This document shows, in pieces, positions 28,001-42,200 of a stretch of 64,000 nucleotides of DNA. The notes under the pieces were generated by a model, which worked only from the letters and a program-made list of their open reading frames with translations, was not told where the DNA came from and did no database searches. The stretch comes from Camelus ferus (Eukaryota): positions 37,202,001 to 37,266,000 of the forward strand of contig NC_045696.1 of the NCBI RefSeq assembly GCF_009834535.1, in the 5' to 3' direction. The position numbers and the translations under genes were made by a program. Within the stretch, counting starts at the first letter, position 1; the number at the start of each line of letters is the position of its first letter.

Positions 28001-28422
28001 GATTTGTATTGTTTTTTAGATTCCATGTACAAGTGAAATCATTCAGTATTTCTTTATCTGACATAATTCTCTTAGCTTACCAGCTTAGCATGCCCAAGGG
28101 CCTTATTGACTTTCTGTCAGATGATCTGACCATAGATGTAAGTGGGGGGTTAAAGTCCCAAACTATTATTTGTTACTGTCATGTTCTTCCTTTATGTCTG
28201 TTAATATTTGCCTTATGTATTTCAGTGCTTCTATGTTGGGTGCATATGCATTTACAGTTGTTATATCTTCCTGGACTTATCCCTTGATTGTTAGGTAATT
28301 TCCTCCTAAGTCGCTTGTTACAGTCTTTGTTTTGTCTGTTTTATGTGATATAAATATTGCTAATCCAACTTTCTTTTTATTTTTATTTGCATGGAGTAAT
28401 CTTTCCATTTCCTCACTTTCAA

Positions 28423-28424
<2 letters not shown>

Positions 28425-28452
<28 letters not shown>
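28425..28452. repeat. (TG)14 microsatellite
   Basis: Read directly; lies at the end of the L1 EN fragment. Confidence 0.97.
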
Positions 28453-28456
<4 letters not shown>

Positions 28457-28998
28457 ATATACCATTCTGTTATACAGATAATTTATAACATCTAGTGTAT
28501 CTAGGCACAGATTTCTTCTCAAAATACACAGTATCTATGTGCTCCTGGCTTCACATGTGGTTGGATTGTTCAGCAGCATTCCTTTCAGTGGGCTCAGAGC
28601 TGCAGTGAGAAGATTGAACACGCAATGGCTGTGCTGTTCAACTTAGTAATTCAAATTTAATAGAAATATCATGGTGACATTTGAATGATTTGTAGTTTTT
28701 TGTGTACTCATTTAATTTTAAAGAATATTTTTTGAACAGAGACAATTTACCATATAACTTTGATGTCTTTTACAAAAATCTGTGCATTTTTTTTTCTGGA
28801 TTATTCAGGTTGCGTTTCTTTTAAAAGGACTATAATTTTAGGTATTCAACATGTTTTTAACACCATCACTAACCATACTTGTGCTGAGCACATTTCCTTG
28901 AGATCCAAACATCTTAACAGTCACTCAAATGTTGTAAAATTCTACTAAAACTAAATATGTTTAAAGAACAGCACTCCCTTGGCACTTTAACTCTAGAC

Positions 28999-29196
28999 AA
29001 GTGCTTTCCAGTATTCTGCAATGCAGGGATATTCTATGATCTGAGCACCCAGTATGGTAGTTTGTGTGGCTTTTGTTCATTTGAAATGTGACCAGTGAGG
29101 CTGAAAAAAATTTAATGTTTTAAATTTTATTTAATTTGAATTGATATAAATTTAAATCCATGTAATCACATGTGGCTTTCATATTGGACAGAATAG
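28999..29196 (+). mobile_element. MER3-like hAT-Charlie MITE
   Basis: CATTTGAAATGTGACCAGTGAGGCTGA..AAATTTTATTTAATTT..CACATGTGGCT..ATATTGGACAG. Confidence 0.8.
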
Positions 29197-31339
29197 AGAA
29201 TAGTCTGTTCCAAATCTAAAAAGAAAAAAAAGTTTTTGCAATGTCGAGAACAGAATAGATGGCTTAATTTAATTAGTCTTATTCTTATATTTAACTTACC
29301 ATTCAACATCAGTACTCACTGTGTATTCTCTATTTTCCAAGCATTGCACTAATCAGAGGGTATTCAGTCATGAACACATACACATGTCAGAGAAAGGCTC
29401 CAGGGCAAGGAGCACTGTTCCTCATTCCCAAAAACACCCTCAGCATAAATAAAAATGCTCACAGGGAAAAGGCAAGCCACAAAACTTAGGCGTGTGTGTA
29501 TATGTGTGTGTGTTTAAGAAGTGGGTGTATCTATATATGTGAATTGAGATGTCACTGCAAAAAATTCCTCAACTGATGCTACAGGAAGCCCTGGAGCCCA
29601 GTATAGAGAGAGAGAGGGACTGCAGGGAGAGAGAGAAATTTACTCATCCTTTAGTGTCATTCCAGAGTTTTACCCTGAAATGTTATTATATATTATTTCT
29701 TACCTTGAAAAAGATATATAGATATGGTATTTTACATGTAAATCATTTTTATACAGATAAGCTATAGATAACCTTGATATTTCTTTTGGATATGACAAAA
29801 TAGAGAATTTAGTAATGGAAGAAATATCTGAACTAGTTTGAATGATTGTCACATTAGCCTACAGTGGCACATATAATAACATTAAACCATTTAGTAAAGT
29901 TAATTGCTTAACCATTTTGATGGAACTTGTATGTAAAAAAGGATAGATATAAAATACCACTATGTATTATATAACTATAGATTTATAATATATCAAGCAA
30001 AGTTTAATTTTATTAAAAGAAGTAATTTACCTTCACAATAATTTATAGAAGTAGTGGTTTATGTTCTGTATTTTCCTTAAATATTTAAAATAAAATTTGA
30101 ATGATTAAAGTAAAAATTAACACACAATTCCTGGGACACAACGAAAAGACATAGTAAGTGGCATCTGAACTGTACTCATTCTATAAATAAACAAGACAGA
30201 TATGATTAATAATAAAATACCTTTGATAACAGCTGGATGGATATGAGAGTCTTATACCCTTGAAACTCATCTCTTCATTTTTCAAAGACCATTGGTCTAT
30301 CAGTTGTTTGATAAATATATATCAAACCTCAGATACCCTGCAATTTGCTTTAATGAGACTTTTTACTGAGGTTTCAATGCTCATTATAAGATTTTTGTGT
30401 CTGTTCCAGCCAACATGTAGCAGACTGAGTTATTCAGAAACAAACAGCAAGTCATTTCTCTCTTCCTAGATAGAGTACTTCTCATTTTTCAAAATCATAT
30501 TCCAGCACACAGTAATGCAATCATCATGCTAAGACTGTCAGTAATAGCCCTCACCACTCAAGTGACTTCTTTGAACAGCTGCTCAGACGCAGTTTTAAAA
30601 CCCACTTTCCTCTGAAGGATAACAAATAATGACCAAGACTATAGAAACATTTGAAATCTTAATGAGATACAGTATGAAGACATTTACATGATATCAGCAT
30701 TGTGTCAACAAAGAGTGCCCATTTCCTCACATCAGGCACTTACTGTGTTTGAAACTTTTGGGAACATCAAAGACATCATGTGTTCTCTACATACACATTC
30801 AGAAACATCTGGAATTTGAGCATATATCTAGAAATATTCAGAACATTTTTCTATTCAGTATATCAGTTCAGTTCTTCATGCATTAGTGTTTTTTTTTTTT
30901 TTGGTATAAAGCATTGTTATAAAATGATAGAGATGGTGAAAATATAAATGATGAATTTCAGACTTATGGAAAGACATTTTTTGTAACTAGTTAACATTTC
31001 ATATGGCTACATAAGACCCAAAATATTAGATCAATCCGTATTTGTAAAACAAAATATATATATATATATAAATGAAACTCATAGATTAAATAGCCTGATC
31101 ATAATTCAAAAAAAGGGGAAAAAAGATAAAAAATAAGGAATAAAAAATGAGGAATATAAGTTGATGTGCAGGAAACTATACTAGAAGATAAATGTTAGAA
31201 AAGTATTTTTAGCATTTCATTCAATTAAATCCAAACAGTTCTCTTTGTTGGTTTAATTTAATCTGACCACATCATAGCTTTGTTTAATAATCCTGAATTA
31301 TTGTAAACATGCACAATTAGGAGAGAATTGTTTCAATGT

Positions 31340-31570
31340 TAACCAAAGGACTTGGCATCCTCTTCTAACTTAACGCACTGCTGGCAAGATTCATTTTCTT
31401 GCAGCTGGCTAAAGCTTGCTTCGGGAAAGAGTCTTTCTTACCCTATGCCTTCTTTTAGAGGATTACCTGATTTGATCAGGCTCTAAAAAGATGAACTTTC
31501 TTTTATTAACCTAAAGTCAACTGATTACAGAACATAGTTACTTCTACAAAGTTCTGTTACTTTTGCCATG
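31340..31570 (-). mobile_element. MaLR LTR fragment (MLT1E/F-like)
   Basis: TGCTGGCAAGATTCATTTTCTTGCAGCTG..ACCTGATTTGATCAGG..TTAACCTAAAGTCAACTGATT. Confidence 0.7.
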
Positions 31571-34079
31571 GATTCTTAGTTTTATTTAGATAGTTCTAAG
31601 TGGATCAGTCTTGATTTTTTTTTCTAAGACCTAGTATGTCCTTTCAGTTGCTGATTTCAATAATTTTCATTAAAGTTTTCTTGAATTTTATGTTGTTTAC
31701 CTCATTTTAAATTTATTTTTTACTTCGTGAATTTTTTCACTTCCCTCTTTCATGTCCCATATTGCATCCTTTGTGCTACCTCAAGGTAATTTTTCTTTTT
31801 CCTCTAAGATACCTAGATTTTTCTCTTATGTTTCTTCTCAGAGATCAACCAGGATATAGTTTATTTCTCTAGTTTGACATATTGTCCTTGAGATTTTTGT
31901 ATGTCTGTTTTATACTTTAATTTCACAAAAGTAAAATGACATATTGATATATCATATTTTTTTAAAAGTACAATGCCAAAATTTTTGGTCACAGTGCTTA
32001 CATTTCTTTGTAGCAATTTTTTTTTTTTTCTGATGAGCATAACCATTTGGTGGTGGTTGTTTTTTTCTTTTCTTTTCTTCTTATGTCTTATAGATCCTAT
32101 GCATGGTATTTTGCATTTTACTTGTATTTAGGTAGTATAATTACTTCCTGAACCAGCTTTTTTCAGGAGGACCAGAATCATATAGTAGAGCAAAGATTTT
32201 CTTTATAAAATTAGAGCATCTGTTTGAGTGCAGTCTCTTAATCTATATTTCTGCCAAACAACTGCTTATGGGCTACTTACAGTACAACATGGTTCCCCTC
32301 CAACAGCCTACCTCACCTCAGAACCTCCTTTTTGCAAATGACTTCTCTATGGAATTGCTTATACATAGTCACCTTCCTGCTGCTTCTTTATGGCAAATGA
32401 GGTTGGAAAGAGGAAACTCTGCCATAACCACAATATATATTCCCTGTTCTAAATAAGAAATTTTGGTTTTGAATCTCAAACTACATCACTTAATTTGGAG
32501 AACTTGCCTCAATCAGAGTAGTGTGACATTTTCAGCCATGGATTCCTTCTGTTGACATCCTTCTAAACCACTATCTAAATTTGCCTCCATTTAACAGACT
32601 TACCTCACATAATGTAGTATCAGAATACATAAATTTTCTATTACTGTTGCAAATACAGACTGCACTTTGTGTTCTTTATCCTTCTTGAGTTTGAGAGATT
32701 TCTGAAAAAAAAAAAAAAAACAGTGACAAAGCCATATGCCCTTGCAATTTTTAAATTATAGTTCTACTCTAGAATTCCATGTCTACCTATGATACTGTCT
32801 TAATCTAGTCAGTGTTTTTACCCTTTATTCTTGCTAAAGAAGATTGCATATACTAGTTTTGTTTTGTATTATATTTATTGATGGCTTTTGGATAGCTATA
32901 TTGGTCAACACAGAGTTTAAAATGAAGTTTCAATTTTACCCTCAGTTTTGAATCAGAGTTTAGCTAATATTCTAGATTTTTAGTTATTTTTCCACAGTAT
33001 TTCTTCAGACATTCTTTGCAGCTGGTTAAAATAAAAATTTGGTATCTCAACTTAGTGAATAATTAATTTTATTTCTCCTGCAAATGATATGTCTTTTCCT
33101 TCTTATGGCTTAAAACAAACAAAAACCAGCAACCAGAAAACCAAATCTTGATTCTTTTTTTTTTTTTTTTTGAAGTTTTCCATGTGATGGATGTGGGAAC
33201 GGATATATTTTATTTACCTTTTTAGCATAAATGTAATATAAAAAACTTTTTCCTTTAATTATCAAAGTAGTACATCGATTATATCTTCAAATATTGCCAC
33301 TCTGACATTTGTTCCACTTTTTTCTGAAACGTAAATGTCTATTTCAAAGTCTCTGTATGTTATACCATTGACCTTCTTAACATTTGGCTAATGCCGACAT
33401 CGTAACACTTTGGTGCATTAGTACAAGTTCCTCAGGTGTCTCTGAGGAGTTGCTAAGATTTTCTTCATTTGTGTCTTATCTAATTAGTGCTATTATGCTT
33501 CCATTTCAAGGTATATACATATATATGTGTATATATGTGTTTCTATTTGTTAAATTTTTATTATTCTTTTTTCCATAAACTCATTTAATTCTTAATTTCA
33601 TAATGCCGCCTTCTTTTAAATTATTTTATATTACCATTTGGGCAATGCAAACATACAGAATTTAATCTCTGTATTAGACCACTTCATAAAATTATTTTCA
33701 TCTAGATTTAATTTACATACTAATTGTTAATTTGTTTTCACTTGTTAGCATTTTCTTCTTTCATATTTTAGAATTTGACACATTGTTATCATTTGGAAAA
33801 GTTTTCTTTTTTAATATATTTATAGTTTTTCCTCATCTTTGTATTGATTTTCTTTCACTGTCTCCTAACCAGCAATTTACTAGTTTCTGTTCCCTGGCCT
33901 CCTACTTTTTAAGACTTGAGACATATGATAAAATGTTATAGCTTTACAAAAGTAATAAAATATTGGGCTTTTTACTCTATGGTAACATTGGGGAGGCAAC
34001 TTTAAATACAGAGTTACCCTAATTTTTTTTTTTTTTAATTTCTGAAGCTGTACAAGTTTTTTAAACTGTAGCTTCGGGA

Positions 34080-34204
34080 CTACGGTTTCCAGATAAAATA
34101 TGGGTTGCCCAGTTAAATCTGAATTAAGATAAACTGGATAATATTTTAGTATAAATAAGCCCCGTTATATTTGGTATTTCTCTTTGCTAAACAGGACTAT
34201 CCTG
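34080..34204 (+). mobile_element. MER53-like hAT MITE, internally deleted
   Basis: CCAGATAAAATATGGGTTGCCCAGTTAAATCTGAATTAAGATAAAC..TTTTAGTATAA..TTTGCTAAA. Confidence 0.75.
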
Positions 34205-35811
34205 TTGAATTGCTGGTTCTTCAGTACTGCCAGCCTGATTTGCTGAGGGACCTTGACAGCCTGTTCTTATATTCAAGTAGTTAGCCTCTTTCCCACCTCA
34301 CATGGCACACATGTTGTCTCATCGTGTCAGAGCCAAATCCTTGACCATCACTGTAAATTTATGAATCAAGGGCTCACAGTTTCAACACTGTATGCATTTT
34401 GTCCATTTTTTCCCAAACTGGCCATGCCTTTTCAGTTATCTGTATTTATTATATTGCTTTTTCATATATTTTAGAGCTAAGAAAAGGCATTATAACATGA
34501 ATATACTCTACACTTTTCAACAGAAATTAATCATCCTTTTGAGAATTAGGATTGAAAGACATTGAAAAGAAAGCATCACACTATTTTTCAAAGGGTATCT
34601 AGTTATCTAGGTAAATACATCATATCACACAAAATGTATTCTGCACATATATAGAAAGATAATCATAATTCCATAGTCAAATCTAAAATCAGTCTGATAC
34701 ATTATTGAAATTCAGGTGTTAATATTTATCGAATCACAAGCCCAGTAAAAATTTGAGAAAATTTGATGTTTGTATTCCTCATTGTGTGTAACACTGAACT
34801 TTTATGAAGTGTTTTATTATTAGGGATTAGCCATAACATTACCTTTTAATGGAATCATAAATCTTTAATCATAGTTCAATATGTTGCTGACTTAAAATTG
34901 CTTTTTGATTGAAACAATTCTACTGCAATATACTATATGAAGAAGCAATTTCTTTTCACTAAAATAAATATCCTAATTTCTAAACACAAAATGGATGTAC
35001 TTTGCAGTACATATTATTTTGAGGAAAAACAACAGTACAATCCCTTTCCTAGCAAAGAGATGCTCACCTCCCCAGTGTGACATTTTTCACATGTTTTTAC
35101 TAACAAGAGAAAAATCAGAATGGGATGGAGGACTTTGAAGATCATTAGTTTAAGCTACAGATGGACTCAGGTTTTCCTTTCGTTGCATCCATGATGATAT
35201 TAACACAACAGTAACAATAAGAGCAGTTGCAACAAATGTTGACTTAAATATACTTCATTAAAGTCATATCTGAAGTGCACTGTTAAAAATAATCTTTTAT
35301 GTATTATTTAACTCAGTTCACATGGAAACATATATATGTATATATATGCACATCTGTTTATGTGATTTAACATATTTAAAAAGACATGCCAGTTATTTAA
35401 GTGAAAATATATCAGACTAATTCAATCTTATTATTTTCAGTCTAACAGATTAGAAACTACTTTGTAAATAGATGCAACTAGACTTTGAATATCATCTCCA
35501 CATTAAGGTTCTTTTAATTTTCTTAACCTTTTTCAAATAACAAATTTCTAGTTATCCTAGTAAAATTGAGAATACTAATAAAAGGCCAATATGAATTGAT
35601 TACATTATGGGTTTACTGTTCTTAGTACACACTACATCATAGTAAATGTACAAATAAAAGCTTCATTTCTTGTCACATTTGTATTCCAAATAATCATTAT
35701 TAAAATTTATAGTGGATACTTATTTAAAAGTTTATTATGCCAGGATTTGTCATAGGTATGCAAGGTTTGTTCAACACTCAAAAATCACTCAAGAGGCTTA
35801 AAAGAAAAATC

Positions 35812-37085
35812 TAGCCATGTGAAGGATGCCTTTGGTATTCTGATTGGAATTTCACTGAATCTGCTGATTACTTTGGGACGTTATAACAATATTAATTCTT
35901 CCAGCCCATGAGCATAATATGTCTTTCCATTTTTTTTTTTAGTCTCCTTCAAATTTATTTCATTAAGATCTTAGTTTTCAGAGTACAGGTCTTCCACCTC
36001 CTTGGCTAAATTTATTCCTAGACATTCTATTATTTTCCATACAATTTTAAATGGAATCATTTTGTTAATTTCTCTTTCGGAATGTTTGTCATTAGTGCAT
36101 AGACATGCAACAAATTTCTGTATATTAATTTGTATCCTGTAACTTCACTGAATTGGTTTATTAGTTCTAACAAGTTTTTGGTGGAGGCTTTAGGGTTTTC
36201 TATATACAGTATCATGCCATTTGCAAATAGTGACTTCTTCCTTTCCAGTTTTGATGCTTTTTTTCTTGCTTAATGGCTCCAGCTATCATTTCCAGTACTA
36301 TGTTGAATAAAATGGTGAGAGTGAGCATCCTTGTCTTGTTTCTCATCTTGGAGAAAAAGCTTTCAGCTTTTCACTGTTGAGTATAATATTAGCTATGGAT
36401 TTGTCATATATGGCCTTTATAATATTGAGTACATTCCCTGTATAACTCATAGGTGGTTTTATCATAAATAGATGTTGAATATTATCAAGTGACTTTTAGG
36501 CATCTCTTGATATGAGCATATGGCTTTATCCTTTGTTTTGTTAATGTGGTGCGTTACAGTGATTGAGGTACGGATGCTGAACCATAGTTGCATCCCTGGA
36601 ATAAATCCTACTATATTATGGTGTAAAAACCTTCAGTGGATTATTGAATTTGGTTACTAATATTTTGTTGAGAATTTTTGCATTATGTTCATCAGGGAAT
36701 TTTGGCCTGTAATTTTCTTTTTGTGTAGTTTCTTAGTCCGGTTTTGGTGATACTGGTCTTGTAAAATGAGTTTGGAAGTGTGCTCTCCTTTTCACTATTT
36801 TGTAACAGTTTGAGAAGTATAGTTATTAAATCTTCTCTGTTTAGTTGAATTCACTAGTGAATCAGTCTGGTCCTGGATCTTTGTTTTGAGTTTTATGATT
36901 ACTGATTCAATCTTGTTCTTAGTAAGTAGTATCTTCAGATTTTCCATTTCTTTATGATTCAGCCTTGGAAATTTGTCTGTTTCTAGATGTTTCTCCAATT
37001 CTCCTAGGTTGTCAAATTTGTTGGATTATTACGTTTACAGTACTCTCTTGTGATCCATATTGTTTTTATTAGTGTTATAGTGTCC
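35812..37085 (-). mobile_element. LINE-1 ORF2 fragment (RT region), truncated at both ends
   Basis: ORF 36795..36998(-) FPRLNHKEMENL..KIESVI; GAGAGTGAGCATCCTTGTCTTGT is the antisense RQGC motif. A short plus-strand ORF2 piece (35737-35810) precedes it. Confidence 0.93.
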
Positions 37086-37969
37086 TTTGATTTTAATCAA
37101 TAATAATTTAAACTGTTTAAAACAGTAATTAAAAATAACACTATCTACTGTTTAAGAAACAGACACAGTAATATTAGCAAAATAGTATGAATAGAGATAG
37201 TTTTGCTGGCTGTACAATGAATAAAAACAAGTATGGTGACAAAATCAGGTAGTGTGGATTACACTTGGAATAGTAAAATAAAAAAATAGAATATGTGTGA
37301 TTTTCATCTGCACAGATGAATTCAACAACTGAAGCAGGGTGTTAATTTATCCAATAAAACTTGCATCAACTATTCTGTGCCTTACTAGGGACTGCAAAGA
37401 TGAATGCTATGTAAACCCATTTCTCATGCAAAGGAACATATACTTTATTGTAGCATATCCTTAAAATGTGTGTATAATTAGTAAAGGGAAAAAGTATTTT
37501 CTAAATCGAAACATGTATTTTATGGCAAGTCCATTTTACTTTGACATTTTAGACTCTTCTTCCCATCTCCCTCTAAAAGAATATGCAAAGTATTTGAAAA
37601 TAGTAAATTGTATGTTGTCCTTCAAAGGTGTAAAAAACATGTTTCCAAAGGAATTACTACTGCAAATAATCTCAAAATTTTAAGGGAAAAGTATTCTGAA
37701 ACAATATTTAATATGAGTCTAATTTGGTTCAAAATTAAAATGCATATGTATGTGTGTGTGCATGTGGAAACAAAAATTTGAGTGTATATTTACCATAAAT
37801 TGTTATTTTTCAAATGTGTTACTTCTGGTTAATAGTCTCTGATTCTCTCTTACATTCTGATTTTTAGTGGTGACTTTACATATATGTAATATAAAATACA
37901 TTTTATATCACTTATATACATAAAATATTTTATAATATGTGTATATATAAAATATATATAATGAATATA

Positions 37970-38241
37970 CAGTTGAAACATGAAAATCACAGGTTTGAAC
38001 CATGCAGGTCAACTTACACATGGATGTTTTTCAATAAATGCAGTAATACAAAATTCACTGTTGATTGAATCTGAGGATGTGGAAGAAAGGCTGACTGTGG
38101 AGCCTGAGCATCTGCAGGTTTTGGTATCCGTGTCAGATCCTGGAACCAGTATGCTGTAGATAGGGAGGGATGACTTTATACAGATTTTCCACAGCACAGG
38201 GGTTGGCACTCTTAATTCCTGTGTTGTTCCAGAGTCAGCTG
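37970..38241 (+). mobile_element. Tigger2-family (TcMar) MITE
   Basis: TA|CAGTTGA...GTCAGCTG|TA termini with TA duplication; homologous to 59601-59810. Confidence 0.85.
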
Positions 38242-39180
38242 TATATTATTATCTTAAAAGCAGTCAAATTAAATGTTAGAAATAAAAAGTACTTTCCAGA
38301 ATATAGAAGGACAAACATTGTAAGGTATATTAAATAAATTTAAATTCTCTGCTGAGGGGTAGAAGCAGTCAGTCATTGAAATGATACAACAGTTGTAATA
38401 TCAAAGTAGCTATCAATGCCTACAGATCAGGTCCAAGGCAGAAAGTGAAGAATTAAATATAGATAGAATACAGTTAAAGAAAATAGAAAAAACTATCTAT
38501 TTTCAAAGGAACCATACCTGTAAAATTGTAAGAGAAATACCTCAATAAAATCTGGTAAATATTTCTCAAATATTTCAAATAGCTTATCTAGAGTCATAAA
38601 ATACACTTTGTGCATCACTACATTTTAAAACATGACATCACAGCCAGTTTTTCAGAAATGTTGGGAATCTGACACATTTATATGCTATGCGGAGATCTAT
38701 GAAAAGTGAAATTTTAGTCAATCAGCCAGATGCTTAGTCTGCATGATGCCAAATTGCCACCTGCTTAAAAACAGTTGCATGATTAACTGTATTTTTTATT
38801 TTATCCACATGTTTGGAAAAATGTAGGACAACCATTATTTTATATAATGTATTACCTAAAAGCATTTAATGGTACTCCATATTTGAGAGCAGAGAAATTT
38901 TTTTATATTTCATAAAAGTAACACTTTGAAGGACAGAACAGAAACACAAAAAATGGACTGCATGTAATAAATGTCCACATCATAGTGAATCTTGCACTTT
39001 TTATTACTTCTAGAAAATATTTTTAGAATCAGTCTTTCACCTATCTGTTGCTATGTTTCTTTGATTATAAAAGGTCTGAAGGAGAATATTTAACTTCAAT
39101 TTTCTAAGTACAGAAGCTGCTTTGCAATGCTATTTCCAGAAATTTGGTAAATTAACTTGGTAATTTGTGTCTTTGTACAT

Positions 39181-39201
39181 ACACACACACACACACACAC
39201 A
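39181..39201. repeat. (AC)10 microsatellite in AT-rich low-complexity sequence
   Basis: Read directly. Confidence 0.9.
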
Positions 39202-42200
39202 TATATTTGTGTATATATAATATATATTATATATACCTTATATAACATACATTATAAATTTCATTTACATTAAATATTAGGAAATTAAATGAATATTTTT
39301 AACACATTTAATTAGCCCTATAACTATCACACTACTGTGGCTATTTAAGGTTAGGTATTTAATATATACCATAAGCATAATTTGTATGCTTTATAGAAAT
39401 AACAAATAAATTATATACTGACAATAAACTAAGAACAATTTATCCTTGAGGGTAAATTGTGCATAGGCTTTTAAAATAGACATATATAAAAATAGGATTG
39501 AGAAAGTAGCCAAGTTGAGTTAGTTTGAAAGACTTTTAACATTTTCATCATGAGTGTATAGTTAAATAAATACAGGTTTTTTACATTTTTCTCTTTTACT
39601 GCACATCACAATATTCAATTTACTGTGCACAATAATTACTGAAGTTGTTTTTCTGCTTGACATGTATTACGCATGAATTTATGAATTCTGTATGAATGTT
39701 GTTATGTGTCAACTTCTTCAACATTAAACATTTTAATTATCTAGAACATTTTATTATTAAAACAAAGCATAGTCTGAGTTTTTGTTTTTCCCTCAGTTGT
39801 CTCATGGGCAAATGTGGCTTTAGTTACATAAGTGGGGCATTCAAAAGCCTTGAATACAAAATTTAAAACATTAAAAAGAATTTCAAATTTTAAAATGATT
39901 GGGTTCTTACAGATAAAACATGAATTAAAACTGCTTTTAACAGTTACATTGTTATTTAGATGTAGATTTTATATATACTTGCTCACAGTTCTTAAAAAAT
40001 TATAAATCTAAAATATTGGCTTTATTTACCCCAAATTTTGGAACTTTCTGAAGCTATAGTCTGATATTCAAAACTTTCCCAGACTCTTTTTAATCTTGTT
40101 CACCAATCCATTCCTTAATTTCCTCTTCAGAACAGTTTTCTTCCCACATTGTTTATAATTCTCCTTATACTGTCTAGCTAATAGCTCAATAATGACTTTC
40201 ATTGGGTTATGATAGCTGAGTATGCTAACTTACTCTACTCAAATTCTAGCAACACTCCCTCCTCTAGTCTAAGCCTCCCTACCACAGAAAATTTTAAATC
40301 AAGGATGTTTGATAACTATGACATATGACATTTTTATGAAAAAAAAAAAAACAAATATTTTTGGTTTTCAAAAGAAAAAAATGGCATAAGATATTTAGTG
40401 AGAGGCATTATAAGTACATACCTCAAATGTTTCCTCCTAGTCTATTAAGGTGCGTCAAATAATTTCTACCTGGAGGGAAAAGTGAAGAAGACGCTGGCAT
40501 CATTCTATAGAGAGACTATAGAAAGAGAACAAAGAATATCGTATGCAAATATTTCTACTTACGTGTCTTTCTGTGTCTGTGTATATGTTTATATATATAG
40601 GCTTATTATTTATATAGGCTTATTATTTAATCTGGGCAAACTGTTTCCATATCTTCTAAAACTTTTGATTTTATAAGAGATTTAGTGTCTAATCCCTCTC
40701 ACAGTTCATAATTATAATTTATGCTTATAAGATACTTTGCTAATTTTTAGAATCACTGTACCCTAAAAATGTGATTGATTCTAAGCACATTCTTTTGACA
40801 CGAAAGCCCTTAATTTTTAAATAACTTTTGGTTCAATACAGTTTTTGAGACTAGTTCTTTAACTTTTCTGGGTAATATTTTCTCTTCTAGAAGAAAATAA
40901 ACAATTGGTAGGAACTTAATTCATTATGGGATTTGGAATTAGATACTGAGTATATTTTGGCTTAACATAACACAGAAACCAAGGAGTTGCATACAAGTCC
41001 CACTATCATCTTTAGCAGAAGTAAACCTATATTAATATTCAAAATTTATAGAATAAAAATGATTTCTCTTAAACTGTACAATTGAGTAAAGTTAAATTAG
41101 TACTTTGTGACATAATCTGATTATATGTTTTCATTTCTTATAGTTCTATAATTGTGCAATGAGAGAACTTTCAGATGAATAGATTTGGGAATAAACAGAT
41201 GACTCAGAATATAACCTGAATCTGAAAGGACTCGGAAGAGGCAAACTAACAGAAGGCCTGAACCTCAGAAATAAGAATACGCATCTTGCTTATTCAGACA
41301 TTGTGACCCTCAATACAAACCTGTTAGATTTCCTAGGAAGATCAAGAAAATAATTCTCAGTGTCTGTCCAAGTGCAGCTAGATCTTTGGCCAAACAATAC
41401 ATGCATTAATATCTCAGTGGAACCCAGACAAATTTTTCCTGAGGAACAATGCCCAGGTTCTGAGAATCTTTGAACTATGTACTGAGTTTGGAAGTTTAGA
41501 GTATTGAGGACTGATGGCATTTCTTCTTTTATTATTGTCCCCTACACCCAACATTCCTTGACCTTTGCATTCAATAGAACTTACTGGCGTCGAATCACAC
41601 TAGAGAAAAGAGAACCAGTCTCTCTGAAGATAAATTAACTTTGTGGAAGCCAACTTAAAAATAACAATACTTTGCATATTTTCTGAGAATTTTTGACTGC
41701 TTTTATATATATATTTTATATATATATTTGTAGCTCATGCTAACTTAGCTGTACATTTATCTTGCAAAATAGCCATTTACTAGTGTTTTTTTAAATCACT
41801 TTTCAATTTGCATTATTTCCTTCATACCACTTATTCCATGTTTGACTTAATGTACCAGAACTTTGCCTATAAGGCCACCCCAGGAGACATTACTCTGAGT
41901 GCTGTGTGACACATATTATCTATACTCCTAAGAAATTCACCTGCCGATTATCGATGCCAAAAAAGCATCGTACAGAGGCTCCTAAGGGTGAATTCAAACA
42001 CTGTCTATATGAAAATAATGAGAGAAGAGTTACTGAATCCAGTTTTCGTGGTAGGTAATATTAGTAATCCTTTCAAAATCTGTGTACAAAATTACATGAG
42101 TTTTCTGAAAAATAATGCAGGGAAATAAGGTTTATTATAGAAAAAACTGGGTAATTCTGTGCCTGTGTACTTCTATATATGAGTAAGAATAAGGGAATCT

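Larger units (their letters stand above)
27182..28452 (-). mobile_element. LINE-1 with a large internal gap: 3'UTR (27182-28076) joined to ORF2 endonuclease region (28101-28452)
   Basis: 3'UTR is homologous to 51240-51700. 28101-28420 is homologous to 54807-55125. ORF 28277..28522(-) LHANKNKKKVGLAIFISHK is the EN-domain motif. Confidence 0.88.
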
